Shown: in pieces, positions 1 to 12,188 of the stretch
Position numbering within the stretch: position 1 is the stretch's first letter
How the letters are laid out: the number at the start of each line of letters is the position of its first letter
Assembly: GCA_951406725.2 (NCBI GenBank)
Contig: OX597828.1
Location: 14,322,001 to 14,386,000 of the forward strand
Direction of reading: 5' to 3'
Origin: Octopus vulgaris
Taxonomy: Eukaryota
DNA: 64,000 bases
Notes under the pieces: model-generated
Told to the model about the DNA's origin: nothing
Databases searched by the model: none
Seen by the model: the letters and a program-made list of their open reading frames with translations, nothing else
Position numbers and translations under genes: made by a program

Positions 1-255
1 GAGGGCAAATCATTTCTGAGGGATCTGATCTCGTTCTGTGTATACATTTGAAAAATTAATCTTATCAACGTCTCCTCTGAACTTATTAAATTACAGGAAT
101 GAGCTCCTTTCGAAATGTCGTTGCTATAACGTGTGTGTGTGTGTGTGCTGGGGTTGATGTAATCAACTCCCCCACTCAAAACTGCTGGCCTTGTGCCAAA
201 ATTTGAAACTATATGATGATGATGATGATCATCATCATCATCATTATTATTATTG

Positions 256-780
256 TTACAGTGTATTTCTGTTGCAACCGAATTAAGTATGTTTCTTATC
301 AGACCCATGGTGTTTGGATGCAATATTATCACGCCTACACTTTTTGTATTCGTTTTGAGCAAATTGTTGACATTCTGATACAAGTTGAGCCACATTTGAG
401 TGAAGGCTCCTACTTATCTATCATTCTCTTGGTCCAAATTACCATTAGGGTCTGTTCTTGTGCCGCTAAAACCATTCTTTTGCTCTCGTCCTTTAATATT
501 CCTTTCTTTAACCAGATCCTGCCACTCATGCAATCTTTTATCGCTTCTGTCCTTTTGAAAAAAAAATCACTGTACGGCGATTCTTTTCATCAAAGTTTGG
601 TTTCGTCTATCCCTCATTTTCTTGATTTTTGCACCCCGCCTTTTTGGTGGGGAGGGGGCTCTGCTAATTCTATAAGTAGTTCCATTATTACCTTCTTATG
701 GAGATATTTAATTTATATCTCCCCGATAGAAATCTAGACTTGTTTTCTCTAGTTCTGCTACCTTTTCAACACTCCCCTCT
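256..780 (-). mobile_element. Degenerate R4/Dong-clade (restriction-like endonuclease) non-LTR retrotransposon, post-RT C-terminal region
   Basis: Minus-strand translation gives WLKKGILKDESKRMVLAAQEQTLMVIWTKRMIDK*EPSLKC...ISECQQFAQNEYKKCRRDNIASKHH. This matches the WLxKGxLK-E-AAQEQAL and CCHC region of R4/Dong ORFs. Stops and frameshifts present; abuts an (ATT/ATC)n tract at 212-255. Confidence 0.7.
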
Positions 781-799
781 ATTTTTATTATTTTCTTTG

Positions 800-1029
800 T
801 CTTTTACTTGTCTCACTAACTGGATCACGGTCATGCTGGGGCACTGCTCTGCGGGTTTAGTCGATTAAATCGACATCACTATTTATTTTTTGAAGTCTGG
901 TACTTATTCCATCGCTTCCTTCTGCCGAACCGCTAAGTAACGGGGACGTAAGCAAACCAACACAAGTAGACAAGCGAGATGTTTGAGTGACGAACACAAA
1001 GACAAAGACACATAAATATACACACCTAT

Positions 1030-1030
<1 letters not shown>
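800..1030 (-). mobile_element. SINE family A, 3' half
   Basis: Contains gccgaaccgctaagtaacggggacgtaa and catgctggggcac, shared with the full copies at 31163-31560 and 57006-57420; continues into (TATG)n. Confidence 0.75.
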
Positions 1031-1063
<33 letters not shown>

Positions 1064-1451
1064 TGTATGTGTGTGTGTATGTATGTATGTATGTATGTAT
1101 GTATGTATGTATGTATGTATGTATGTATGTATGTATGTATTATGAAGTCCAAAAGCATGAAACTTCTTGCGGTGTTTTAAGATACCAATTAGATACAGTA
1201 AAACATTATGTTTGGCGTTTTGGCTGTTTCCATAACTTATTCAGTTTAGTTTAGAAATGGACAAAAATAATGGAGGTGTATATAGAATCAGAAAGTATCT
1301 AGAATTCACCAAAAATCTCTGCTTTAACACGATTAATCGATAGGGTAGAAGTAGTCGCCAAATTGCTATCAAAATCACATTGACAGTCTTTGAGGAAGGA
1401 AGTAGACATTGGATAACGCAGTCCAAGACAAAGATAAGACGGAATGGTCAT

Positions 1452-1591
1452 CACTAGCATAGCTGGGGGGTGGAGTACGGTTCGCCCCGGGCGGCACTTT
1501 TGGGTCTGCTGTAAGCAATGTTTTTTGTAGGGTTCGGGGGCAGCAAACAGAAGGGCTGCCTCGGGCGGCACACATTGTAGCTACGCTAGTG
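1452..1591. mobile_element. 140-bp hAT-type MITE
   Basis: Imperfect TIRs cactagcatagct / agctacgctagtg and an exact 8-bp TSD atggtcat (1444-1451, 1592-1599). Inserted in the tail of another repeat family (gatggtcatagctggaatg...ggctaaacaac, also at 8840-8935, 9085-9125, 21790-21880). A related degenerate copy lies at ~12630-12761. Confidence 0.8.
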
Positions 1592-1929
1592 ATGGTCATA
1601 GCTGGAATGACTCTGATCATACGTCTTCTCAATCAGTGCTGACCTGGGGGCTAAACAGCAGCAGCACTATCGCAGAAGTTACAACGCCAAATTACAACAA
1701 GTACATCGGACGTAACTAATTGCAACTTAAAGCGAACCAATGAGAGTATTTATCAGGTAGTTTGGCCTGTTAGAAATCACACAACTGTCTTTCTTTTTTT
1801 TTTTAAAAAAAAAGACTCTATAAATATGACATGGCGCGTCTAAGCGTGATGGTCACAGTTGAATCGCTTTAAATCATAACTCGGTTAATATGCAGTTAAG
1901 GTCAGACTTTGAAGTCCCATAATTTTCTT

Positions 1930-2190
1930 AACTGACCTGGAGAAACATCAAGATTTCATTTTAAAGATCCACCTGACCGTACCGAGTCCACTGGCAACTA
2001 GTATTGTATTTTCTGATGACATCTTCAGCATTTCTGTTATAACAGTTTCGGGTACAATACACAGCTCTAACTTACTGTACCCAGAAACGGACCGAAAAAG
2101 GCAATACCACGGCTTCCTTATCGATGCATGATAGCCAAAACGGATTTGCGTGATTAATACAATAATCCTGCATGGAATTGTTCTCAAAGA
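1930..2190 (-). mobile_element. Possible old Tc1-like transposase fragment
   Basis: Minus ORF ...LFRSVSGYSKLELCIVPETV..MSSENTILVASGLGTVRWIFK resembles the Tc1 segment between VMVWGCF and WIFQQDN. Weak similarity. Confidence 0.35.
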
Positions 2191-2231
2191 ACTAATAGGA
2201 AGTAGTGGCGTTGTTTATGTGGATTTTGTCG

Positions 2232-2645
2232 GGATCTTTTCGGTTTGAACGGCAGTTTTTTAAAACAATTTCCACCTAACTAAACACTTTTAAACTTCGT
2301 ATACTGGTAGAATGTGTTTATAAAACATCTTTTTCTCTTGGCTTTATTGAGAAAATTCTATAGTTTGTAAGTTATTTGTTGTTTTTTTTCTTCAATTTCT
2401 GCAATTTCAACCAATCAATGACGTCTATTGAGGTAAAAAAAAAACATTCTGTGCCGTATGAATATGTCCCTCGTTTAAGAAACAGAATGGGTTTATTTAC
2501 ATTTGTGAAGAAAAAAGATACCCTTCTCCGACTCCTAACCCTAAAAGAGATTGAAATGCAATAGATCGATTCTAGTGTCATAATTATGGGTGACAATTTC
2601 ATATGACACCGCTAGAAAAAACTGCCGTTCAAACCGAAAAGATCT
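2232..2645. mobile_element. ~410-bp MITE (Merlin-like), copy 1
   Basis: ~29-bp TIRs ggatcttttcggtttgaacggcagttttt / aaaaactgccgttcaaaccgaaaagatct. Same family as 39352-39756 (opposite orientation) and ~63145-63656. No TSD visible at this copy. Confidence 0.85.
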
Positions 2646-3291
2646 CCGGCGTTATTTAGTTTCACCTTTTTATTTTCAGAAGCCTAAACTTCTTGTCAAT
2701 GCGTAGTTCTTGAACTAGGACTAGTTCCTCTGTATTATATGTGGTACATAGGACATATTTCCCTGACGTCCATGCATCAATTATATTACACCCCACCCTG
2801 TTAACCGCCAGAGTAATTTGGGACTTATGAAACGAAAGCTTTATATTACTCAGAACATGAAAGAAGAGCCAATTAAAGTCTGAAAACAAGGGTGTCCTAA
2901 GATAAACTTATAAAAAAAAAAAGAGAGATTTTGACAGACAAAGGGTTAAACAACAACAGAATGACTTAGTAATTACCTGTAAGGCCAAGTGACTATAATT
3001 ATATAGAAGTTGTAATTAATAAAATATTCAAACGTCACGCTAATTCAAAAAATATGAATCACTTAATTTATGCAAATATAAATCGTTTAATTTATGCAAC
3101 TGGTCACAACCAGAGAAGTTAAAATTAAAAGCAATGAAAACAAAATTCGTATGCAACCAATGCAGATAAAACGGAAAAGAAAAACAATTGGTTATTTTAT
3201 TTTTTTAAAAAAAGATTCGTTCTTCTGATCCATGACCTTAGAATGGAACTCGAAATATCGATAAATCTATTATGCGCACGCGCTCACACAC

Positions 3292-3354
<63 letters not shown>

Positions 3355-3785
3355 GGAAACAGCTTATAATTATGTGTTATGAGATCAAACGGTTATTGTT
3401 AAAATTACTGGAGTCCCAAACATGGTCAGGATAATTGCTAAGAAAAGATCCTAATTGCTATTTTAGTCTCTGATCATGGTTGGTCGTTGGTTATAAGGTT
3501 CCGTTCCAAAATGATCACGATAAAGCAGGTTCCATTGCGTTTTAAAAAAAATAATTAGTCACAGAGGATCGTTTACACATGGAAAAAAAAAAAAAGAGTC
3601 TGGATAGTATAAAAAAAAGCAGAATAGATATACTTATGTGGAAAGCGCAACATTATCTCACGCACACACATACATACATATATGGACGCGCATATACACG
3701 TACGTAGAGAAGGTTGGAGGGGTGGCATCACAAAGGGAAATAACTAGTTTATTCAGCTAAAGTTTGCAAGTTACGGTACAATATA

Positions 3786-3875
3786 CATGATGGGCCAAAA
3801 GTAACGCACCAAAGCAGTGCGATTCATGTAATACGTTAAGGTTTAATCTTGGTGCGTTACTTTTGGACCACCTTA
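3786..3875. mobile_element. 90-bp Tc1/mariner-type MITE
   Basis: Inverted arms ccaaaagtaacgcaccaa / ttggtgcgttacttttgg, with TA on both flanks. Confidence 0.7.
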
Positions 3876-4126
3876 TATATATATATTCTACAGTAGGACA
3901 TAAAATATGGTAATTTGTTACTGTAGGCTGGTTGAACGATGTGATAAGAGAAAAGATTAATATAGCGCAATGTGTGGTATAGTATGGAATGGTGTGAGGT
4001 GTAATCTGTGGAATTGTAATGGTGTGATAATCTATAGTAATTTTAATACGATATGATGCAGTGGGTGGGTTTGATAAATGCAGAAAGAGGAGTATATGTC
4101 AAATGTGATATGAAACAGTGAATATG

Positions 4127-4127
<1 letters not shown>

Positions 4128-4171
<44 letters not shown>

Positions 4172-4239
4172 ATATCATCTATCTATCTATCTATCACTAT
4201 TTTTCTATCCATCTATCTGTCTATCTGCCTGTCTACCTG

Positions 4240-4286
<47 letters not shown>

Positions 4287-4370
4287 CTGCCTGTCTGTCT
4301 GCCTGCCTATCTATCTATCTGTCTGTCTCTTTCTTTCTCTCTCCCCACCCCTCCCCACTCTTTCTCTCTC

Positions 4371-4402
<32 letters not shown>

Positions 4403-4407
4403 CCTAC

Positions 4408-4479
<72 letters not shown>

Positions 4480-4510
4480 TTATGTCTGTCTACATACATA
4501 CATAGATACA
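4128..4510. repeat. Compound (TCTA)n / (TCTG)n microsatellite
   Basis: Direct reading; source of the YLSI-repeat ORF 4118-4678. Confidence 0.95.
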
Positions 4511-4940
4511 TACCTTCCTACATACACATGCATACTATTGTGCAATTTATCTCATATGTTACAGCAGCCTAAACTTTATCTCTGCTTTGCTATTTATTTT
4601 ATACTCCACTGCAGCTGTTCAATGAGAGTAATCACAGAGGAAAGAGCCGTACCAGTGACCTCCACATTTCTTTTCTAGGTCCTTCAAGCCTAGTTGGAGG
4701 AAGGGAGGAAGTTATTCCCAAACCAGACACCTGACCTGAATGCTTGCAACTGAGTGGAATCTGCCAAAAGCACTCAAGAACCAGAGGTGATGCTAAACCT
4801 AGCAACGGAGATTAAGTCCATTACCCAAGAACTCAGATAGTAAACGGTTGGAACAAATACTGCAAGGCATCTTGTCTGATGCTTTAACAATTCCACCAAT
4901 TCACTGTCTTTTATTGGTGCCTTATTTTATTGACCCTTAA

Positions 4941-5644
4941 TCCTTTCACGTTTAAACTGGCCATATCTGGCCCAAATATTCTACTGTTTTACAGCCAAAC
5001 CAGCCAAATCCGGTGTCTTATTCCTGCCCTATAGCGTCATTCTAAAAATAAGCAATTGCATTCTTTTATTCTTTTACTTGTTTCAGTCATTTGACTGGGA
5101 CCATGCTGGAGCACTTGAAATTTTGAAGCTACAAGATAATGCATGATTATCTTAAAACAATGAAGAAAGACAAGCATTACATTTGACAGAATTATCTGAA
5201 TGCTAAGGCGGCGAGCTGGCAGAATCATTAGCATGCCAGGCAAAATGCTTAGCGGTATTTCATCTGCCGTTATGTTCTAAGTTTAAATTCCACCGAGGTT
5301 GACTTTGCCTTTCATCCTTTTGTGGTCGATTAAATAAGTACCAATTACGCACTAGGGTCGATATAATCGACTTAATCTGTTTGTCTGTCCTTATTTGTCC
5401 TCTCTGTGTTTAGCCCCTTGTGGGTAGTAAAGAAATAGATATTTCGTCTGCTGTTACATTCTGAGTTTAAATTCTGCCGAGGTCAAATTTGCTTTTCATC
5501 CTGTCGGGTTCGATAAATTAAGTACCAGTTACGCACTGGGGTCGATATAATCGACTTAATCTGTTTGTCTGTCCTTGTTTGTCCCCTCTATGTTTAGCCC
5601 CTTGTAGGCAATAAAGAAATAAGAATTTTCTGAATGCGAAAGGG
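4941..5644. mobile_element. piggyBac-like MITE containing nested SINE insertions
   Basis: TTAA at 4937-4940 and 5645-5648; termini (t)ccttt / aaaggg. It interrupts a minus-strand SINE B (tattgaccc|...|ggggtgaaaagcaaagttgacc). A second copy is at ~37007-38042. Confidence 0.7.
5206..5621 (+). mobile_element. SINE family B, with internal partial tandem duplication (dimer)
   Basis: Head ggcggcgagctggcagaatc (A-box-like), B-box gagttyaaattc, central ctttgcctttcatccttt..ggtcgat domain repeated twice. Approximate TSD agaattwtctgaatgc. A similar dimer is at 12226-12625. Confidence 0.8.
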
Positions 5645-5689
5645 TTAAGGGGTGAAAAGCAAAGTTGACCACAGTGTGATTTGAACTTT

Positions 5690-5890
5690 GGCACTAGGCC
5701 AGCAATTTTGGAGAAGGAGTTTAAGTCAATTACATTGACCTGAGTACTCAGTTGGTACTTATTTTATTGACCCCAAAAGGATGAAAGGTAAGGTCGACCT
5801 TGGTGGGATTTGAACTCAGAATGTAAAGACATATGAAATGCTGCTATGCATTTTGCTTTGTGTGCTAACAGTCCTGCCAGCATGCTGCCT
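5690..5890 (-). mobile_element. SINE family B
   Basis: Reverse complement of the family-B body (ggatgaaagg..aggtcgacc..gatttgaactcagaatgtaaagac). Other copies at about 13750-13965(+), 17675-17870(-), 18490-18680(-), 32920-33140(+), 42840-43017(-), 46402-46620(+), 55790-56000(+), 56200-56410(-). Confidence 0.8.
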
Positions 5891-6752
5891 CTCCAACCAT
5901 GAAATTGCCAAAGAATTTGCATACAGAATAAGAATTAAGAATATTTTTGAAAATTAGGGCAATTAAAAGGAGCAAGTGTTACTCCCCCAATGTTTACTTT
6001 TCCCCCAGTACCTACCCATTTAAAATTTCCCATGCTCTCTAGTAAGCAGGGCCATCTTAGCAGTATTATAGCCTCCTGGGGAAATAAGTGCATTGGGCCC
6101 TATGGTATTTAGTTATTGACAGCAAGCCATAGCATATATAGATCAAAACTGGGCCCTTAAGCCTGTGAGGTCCCTGGAGCACTGCCTAGTATGTCTATGC
6201 CTTGAGACAGCATGCTAGTGGGAGGCACCATCAGCACTGCACTAGCAACTCTTCCCACCAGTCTATTGCTTTGACCTGATCCTTTGTATTATTGACCCCT
6301 GAAAGAATGAAAGTGGAATTTGAGCTCGTGACACAGGAAGCCTGAGCAAATACCACAAGGTATTTTATCAGACTTTGTTATGATTCTTTCCATGTATTGA
6401 GTACCACCCACCCCTAAAAACTAGAGTAGTTGTGTAAGCTTCACTTACCATCAAAAAAATCTAAAGCACTGGGCTTCATTTGCCATCCAGAAATAGAGTA
6501 TTGAGTATTACTCATTATAAATCAGTAATTAAAAAACTGAGATCGTCACAGTTGAAATATCTTTGGTTATATCTCTTTTCTACTCTAGGCACAAGGCCCA
6601 AAATTTTTGGGGAGTGGGCCAGTCAATTAGATTAACCCCAGTATGCAACTGGTATTTAATTTATCAATCCCGAAAGGATGAAAGGCAATGTATATGGTAT
6701 GTATATGTCCCCTTAACTAGTGGTTCGGCAAATGAGACTGATAGAAAAAGTA

Positions 6753-7318
6753 TTGGGTTGTCTGGAAAGTTCATGCCGATTTATAGTAGCTTACATTTCG
6801 ACTTATTGTAGAACATGGTTGAGTCTATAAAATAGGATTTGACTACACCTCCATTTAGAGCACAGTTTAATCTATCTTTTCGTGGAAGAAGGTTTATGTT
6901 TCTATAACCTGTGCTACTTCTGTAACCCTTTAAAATGGAAGATAAGAAAGTCCATTTTCGGCACTTGATGCTTTGGGAACCAGACAAAAACTGCTGCAGC
7001 TCGGCTGGGATGTGTTACCCTACCCTCCATATTCACTAGATATTGCTCCTTCAGATTTCCACTTATTCAGGTCTCTGCAGAATAGTCTTAATGGTAAAAA
7101 TTTCAATTCCTTGGATGACGTAAAAAGATACCTTGATGAATTCTTTGCCATGAAACAACCTCAATTCTGGGAAGAGGGCATTTTCAAGTTAAAGGAAAGA
7201 TGGAGACACATTGTGCAACAAAATGGTTAATTTTTGGTTGATTAAAAATGTAATGGCAAGTATTTATTGACCTTTTTCTTTCCTTTAAAAATCGGCACAA
7301 ACTTTCCGGACAACCCAA
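6753..7318 (+). mobile_element. Internally deleted mariner element (mellifera/cecropia-like) nested in a SINE A tail
   Basis: TIRs ttgggttgtctggaaagttcatgccgattt / aaatcggcacaaactttccggacaacccaa and TA TSD (6751-52, 7319-20). N-terminus MEDKKVHFRHLMLWE (ATG 6935) is joined out of frame to the C-terminus LGWDVLPYPPYSLDIAPSDFHLFRSLQN...RWRHIVQQNG. Confidence 0.92.
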
Positions 7319-7947
7319 TACCGTGCTAAATAAATAAAAAAAAAGTAGTGGAGTTGATTCATTCAACTAAAAGTTCTTCAAGATGCTCCAGCATGGCTGT
7401 GCTCTAGTAACTGAAACAAGTAAAAGATAAAAGACAAAAACCAAAAAAAGGTCAAGGGCGCTGCCCCTTTACAATCTAAATGAGGCTGGGATAGGGTTGG
7501 TGGGTTAGGGAAATATATAAAATAGAATAAAATAAAAATTTGCCAGCTGTGATTCTTCCCGTTCTGAAAGCATTGACACGATAAAGTTTCCCTTAACATC
7601 AGCCATACTCGAAATTCCTCAAAGGTTCTGATAAAACAGGAGAAACCCAACATCCCCTAAATTCAACATCCTTTACCTCTTAAAGGGAGATTGATATCTC
7701 TTTCTGTACCTACTTTTAGCTTCAACACATATTGTATATAAAGTGCATATACGTATGTATATATATATATATATATACATACATAACATACATACATTTG
7801 TTTATGTACACTTTCTATTTATATATATATTTGTTTATTATTTTATTTCTTTATTCTTTACCAGGTTTTTCCATCCATCTAGGTCATGCCCATGCTAGAG
7901 CATAACTTATTTTTTATATTTTATTTATCTGTTCTGTTCATTTTACA

Positions 7948-8110
7948 CATCATCATCATTATTGTTTAACATTCACCTTCCATGCTGGCATGGGTGGGAT
8001 GGTTTCACAAGAGCCGACCAGGCCGAAGCCTGCACCAGACTTTTGTGACTGTTTTTGTAGGATTTTTACAGCTGGATGCCCTTCCTGACATCAACCACTC
8101 AGCAGAGTGT
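7948..8110 (-). mobile_element. SINE-like repeat with (GAT)n tail (RTE-type tail)
   Basis: Contains the ggatgcccttcct..c..caacc motif; an oppositely oriented copy is at ~8595-8765. Confidence 0.6.
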
Positions 8111-8153
8111 ATTTAATTCATTTTTTTTTAATACTATTTATTATCTTATTGAG

Positions 8154-8463
8154 TGGAGGCACATGGCCTAGTGGTTAGAGCAGTGGACTCGTGGTCGAGG
8201 GATCACGGGTTCGAATCTCAGACCGGGCGATGTGGGTGTTTATGAGCGAAAAAACCTAAGCTCCACGCGGCTCCGGCAGAGGGTAATGGCGACCTTCTGC
8301 TGACTCTTTCGCCACAACTTTCTCCCACTCTTTCCTCCTGCATCTTGCAGCTCACCTGCGACGGACCGGCGTCCCATCCAGGTGGGGAACCTATATGCCA
8401 AGGTAACCAGGAAACCGGCCCTTATGAGCCAAGCATGACTTGAGAAGGAACAAACAACAAAAC
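8154..8463 (+). mobile_element. tRNA-Arg-headed SINE (family C, tail type 1)
   Basis: A-box tggcctagtgg, TCG anticodon-like loop, B-box ggttcgaatct, (CAA)n tail. TSD attatctta(t/c)tg on both sides. Resembles octopus OR-type SINEs. Confidence 0.85.
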
Positions 8464-9514
8464 ATTATCTTACTGTATAGACTTAATGCCATAGCCCCAA
8501 ATAATTCACGCGACAATTAGTTGAGCACTTTTTTGTGAAAGAAAAACATTACTAAGATTAATTATGATGTTCTCTTTGAAGCAAGTATAAATACTGCCAT
8601 GTAAAAAGCATCCAGTACACCTCTGTAAAGTGGTTGGCATTAAGAAGGGCATCCAGGTGTATAAACCATGCCAAAGCAGACAGTAGAGCTTGGTACAGTC
8701 CTCTGGATTGCCAGCTCCTCTCAAACCATCCAATCCAACCATGTCGTGAGCAAAGAAAGGACACATTAGGTAATGTACTCCTAGATATACTTCCATAAAA
8801 ATAAAAAATAAAAACATAAAAAAAAAATATCCTCAAAAGTCAAGTTGGGCCAGGTTGAAATGTCTTTGATTATAGATCTGCTTAATCAAGACTAGCCTAG
8901 GGTTCATCATCGTCATCATCATCAACAACAACAGTATATAGACATATATGTACCCATGACAATGAGGGACACATTGTGTGCTCGCTTCATCTTCTTGGAA
9001 AAGCAACCAAATCTAACCTCAAATCACATCCCGCCGTCTTCACATTAGAATATGTATTTGTTCTAGTTATCTCAAAATCAACAGGATGGTCATAGCTGGA
9101 ATGTTTTTAATCATAAGTCTGCCTTATGGTTTGAAAGAGGCAATCTTTCAATGTTAGATCCGTGTTATGAAAAGAACTCAAGTTATCGTACCAAAGGCAG
9201 CAAATTGGTAGAGTTGTTTGAGAGTTGGACAGAATATTTTGTATATTTTTTTCTGATTCTATTCATTCTGAGTTCAAATCCTGATGAGGTCATCTTTGCC
9301 TGTCTTCTTTTGGGATTGATAAAATAAAAAATAAAAAAATAAAAAAAACGTAAATCCAAGGGACCAGATTGGTGAAACTAAGATAATTGGACCAGATTGG
9401 CTCCAGCATTCTGAGTTCAAATCCTGGAATGGGCTACTGGGGTGGTACACTTAGCATGCCATCTAATTTAACAACACGACCTAGCAGCTGAGATACACTT
9501 AGTGGACCCCACTT

Positions 9515-9941
9515 TGTTACAAACTTTTGGAGCCAGGTCTCCAATTTGAAAATAGCTTCCTCTTTACTCCTCTGTGCCATCATAAGACATGGTCACACCG
9601 GGTCCAGGGGCTCAGTGGTAGTCTTTGTATACAGTGGCTGATTTTCTGTCAGTAAATAACACAATATGCTCCAAATGCATTACTTTGCCAATGGACTGAG
9701 GTCCCTCTTCCCTCTTACTTTCTTTCTCTCCTTCCTTCCAAACCAGTCTTGGAGGCCTTATAAAAGGCCAGGAGAACTACCTGCTCATACAGATTAAAAG
9801 ATCAAGGAAAGAAATATAAACTTGCTTGACCTATGGTCTTCATACGTCTTGATGGTTAAGCTCACCTCAAATGTTTCAGAGCTCAAGGCCATTAAGCTGC
9901 TTCACCTTGTATCACAGCAGTGAACTTATTGTAGGGTAACA
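9515..9941 (+). mobile_element. Possible solo LTR
   Basis: TGTTAC...GTAACA termini and internal TATAAAA (~9758). No TSD found. Confidence 0.3.
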
Positions 9942-10657
9942 ATGACAACAACAACAACATGAGATGGCAAACTGGCAGAGTTGTTATGGGAACAGATAGA
10001 ATTCCTTACAGTATCTTTGAGTTCTAAAGTTCAAATCCCGTCAAGATGAATTTTATTTTACTTTGTTTCAAAACAGATAAATAAAATCCTTTCTTTCTTT
10101 CTTTCTTTCTTCCTTTTCTCCTTTTCTCTCTGGAAGAAATCAGCTGCGTTTAAACCTGGAGAAGGATTGGCTCAGCTAGGTTTAAAATCTCCAGTACATA
10201 CTGTTCGTTACAATAGCACTCTTGCAACCCCCTTCAGGAGTTAAGGTCTCCTCCTACCACCACCACCACCACCCTCACTCTCAACATCACAACAACATAG
10301 TTGACTTGTGTGTGTGTCTGTGAGTGAGTGAGTGTTGGGGGAAGGTTTAAACAACAACAACATCCTGCCACAAGACCCAAAGCATGTTATCAAATAAGAT
10401 ATGAGAAAAAAAAAACAAGAAAAAAACAGCATGGAAGTAGTATAGCACATGATAATAAAGAAACAAATAAATAAATTAACAAATGAATACATTACTGTAG
10501 TGATAAGAGAGGATGCCCTGAGATTAAACAGGAATGGGATATCATAGGGAAAATAACAGTGTATTGGATATCAAATAATGGTATATCCATTACATCTTTC
10601 ACTACTTAAACAGCTCTGAGATATCATGATGAAAACATAGCTGATATTGCAATATTG

Positions 10658-11357
10658 TTTAGGGTTAGATTTGAAGCTTTAAGTTTAGGGTTCACGATCA
10701 GGTTTAAAGCTTAGGTTTAGGGGCTAAATTTAGATTTTAGGGTTTGGAATTAAGGTTTAGGGTTTTAAGGTTAGTGAATACAATGTAGGAATTGGGACTC
10801 AAATTTAGGGAGAAGGAGTTAGAATTTAGGGTTAGAGGATAGATTTAGGATTTAGGAGGGAGTGTCACACATAACAGACCCTGTTTAAGTTAGGATTTAG
10901 AGTTTAGGATAAGGGGCTAGATTTAGACTCTAGGATTTGGAATTATGGTTTAGGGTTAGGGTTAAGGTTAAAGTTTAAAGATAATAATTAGAGTTTAGGG
11001 ATAAGGATTAAATTTTAGGGTCTAAAGGTAAAGGGTAGTGTTAGAGTTTAGGGTTAAGGTTTAGATTTATGATTTAGGGTTTAGGTTTAATGTGAAGCTT
11101 ACATGAATTGCATATCAAGTAATGTTAGGGCTCAGCTTTTAATGCTAGGGTTTATGTTTAAAGTCCAGAGTTTAAGTTTAGAGCTTGGAATTACATTTAA
11201 GGTTTAGTGGTGGGCTAAGTTTTGAGTTTAAGGTTAAGGTTCAGGGTTAGGGTTAGCATTTTAAAGTTTAGTCTAGGTTTAAGTTTAATCTAGGGGCTAA
11301 AAGTCAGGGCTAGAATTTAGAGTATAAACTAGGGTTAGAATATAGAAACAGGTTTAG
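10658..11357 (+). repeat. Degenerate interstitial (TTAGGG)n-like array
   Basis: About 700 bp of ttaggg / ttaagg / ttagag / ttagat variants on one strand, with perfect runs such as ttagggttagggtt at ~10950 and ~11245. Confidence 0.8.
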
Positions 11358-11554
11358 TGCTGCCATTTGTTAAATTTTCAGATAAATTTGGGCGTTTTAT
11401 AGTGTAAAGTTAAAATTAGTGTAATCAATACATTTTCATAATATATTATGTTGTTTAATGACTTCCTCTGACATTCCTTTCCTGACGTGATGGACAAACT
11501 GTTTCTGTGATGTAAAATGTAATGGATAACTAAATTGATAAGATATAACTAGCA

Positions 11555-11699
11555 TAGGTGCAGGCGTAGCTGGGTGGTAAGAAATTTGCTTCTCAGATAC
11601 ATGGTTCTGGGTTCAGTCCCATTGTGTGGCACCTTGGGAAAGTGTCTTCTGCTATAGCCTCAGACCAACCAAGACCTAGTGAGTAGATTTGGTAGATAG

Positions 11700-11757
<58 letters not shown>

Positions 11758-11985
11758 CTGTGTGTGTATCTTTGTGTCTGTGCCTGTCCCCTACCACTGC
11801 TTGACAACTGGTGTTGGTTTGTTTACATCCTCATAACTTAGCAGTTCAGCAAAAGAGATCAATAGAATAAGTACCAGGCTTAAAAAAATGTACAGGGGTC
11901 AATTCGTTTGACTAAAAACTTTCCAAGGTGGTGCCCCAGTATGGCCACAGTCTAATGACTCAAAGAAGTAAAAGATAAAAGATTG
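11555..11985 (+). mobile_element. SINE family A, full length, diverged
   Basis: tRNA-like head (ggtgcaggcgtagct..tggtaa..ggttcagtccc), internal (TG)n, tail ggtgccccagtatggccacag...aagtaaaagataaaag. Confidence 0.85.
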
Positions 11986-12104
11986 TTTTTGTCATGCAAT
12001 GTTATCAGGGTGGAAGGCTGCATTGCTGTACATAAGAAGAATGAGACATTTCCAGCATGTATGTTAAATCAGCAGATCAATACTTTTCTGGTATCAATAG
12101 ATCA

Positions 12105-12188
12105 ATAGGTACATTACTCTGTATGATGATTGTGGGGTCTTTGGCCATAGGTACATTACTCTGTATGATGATTGTGGGGTCTTTGGCC
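12105..12188. repeat. Perfect 42-bp tandem duplication
   Basis: ataggtacattactctgtatgatgattgtggggtctttggcc repeated twice. Confidence 0.95.

Noticed and set aside
213-737. 174-aa plus-strand ORF
   Set aside because: It is the antisense of a degenerate R4/Dong retrotransposon, preceded by a microsatellite.
8154-8225. tRNA-Arg-like sequences (also 37697, 39969 and minus-strand copies)
   Set aside because: They continue into SINE bodies with tails and TSDs, and lack a proper acceptor stem and Pol III terminator; these are SINE heads, not tRNA genes.
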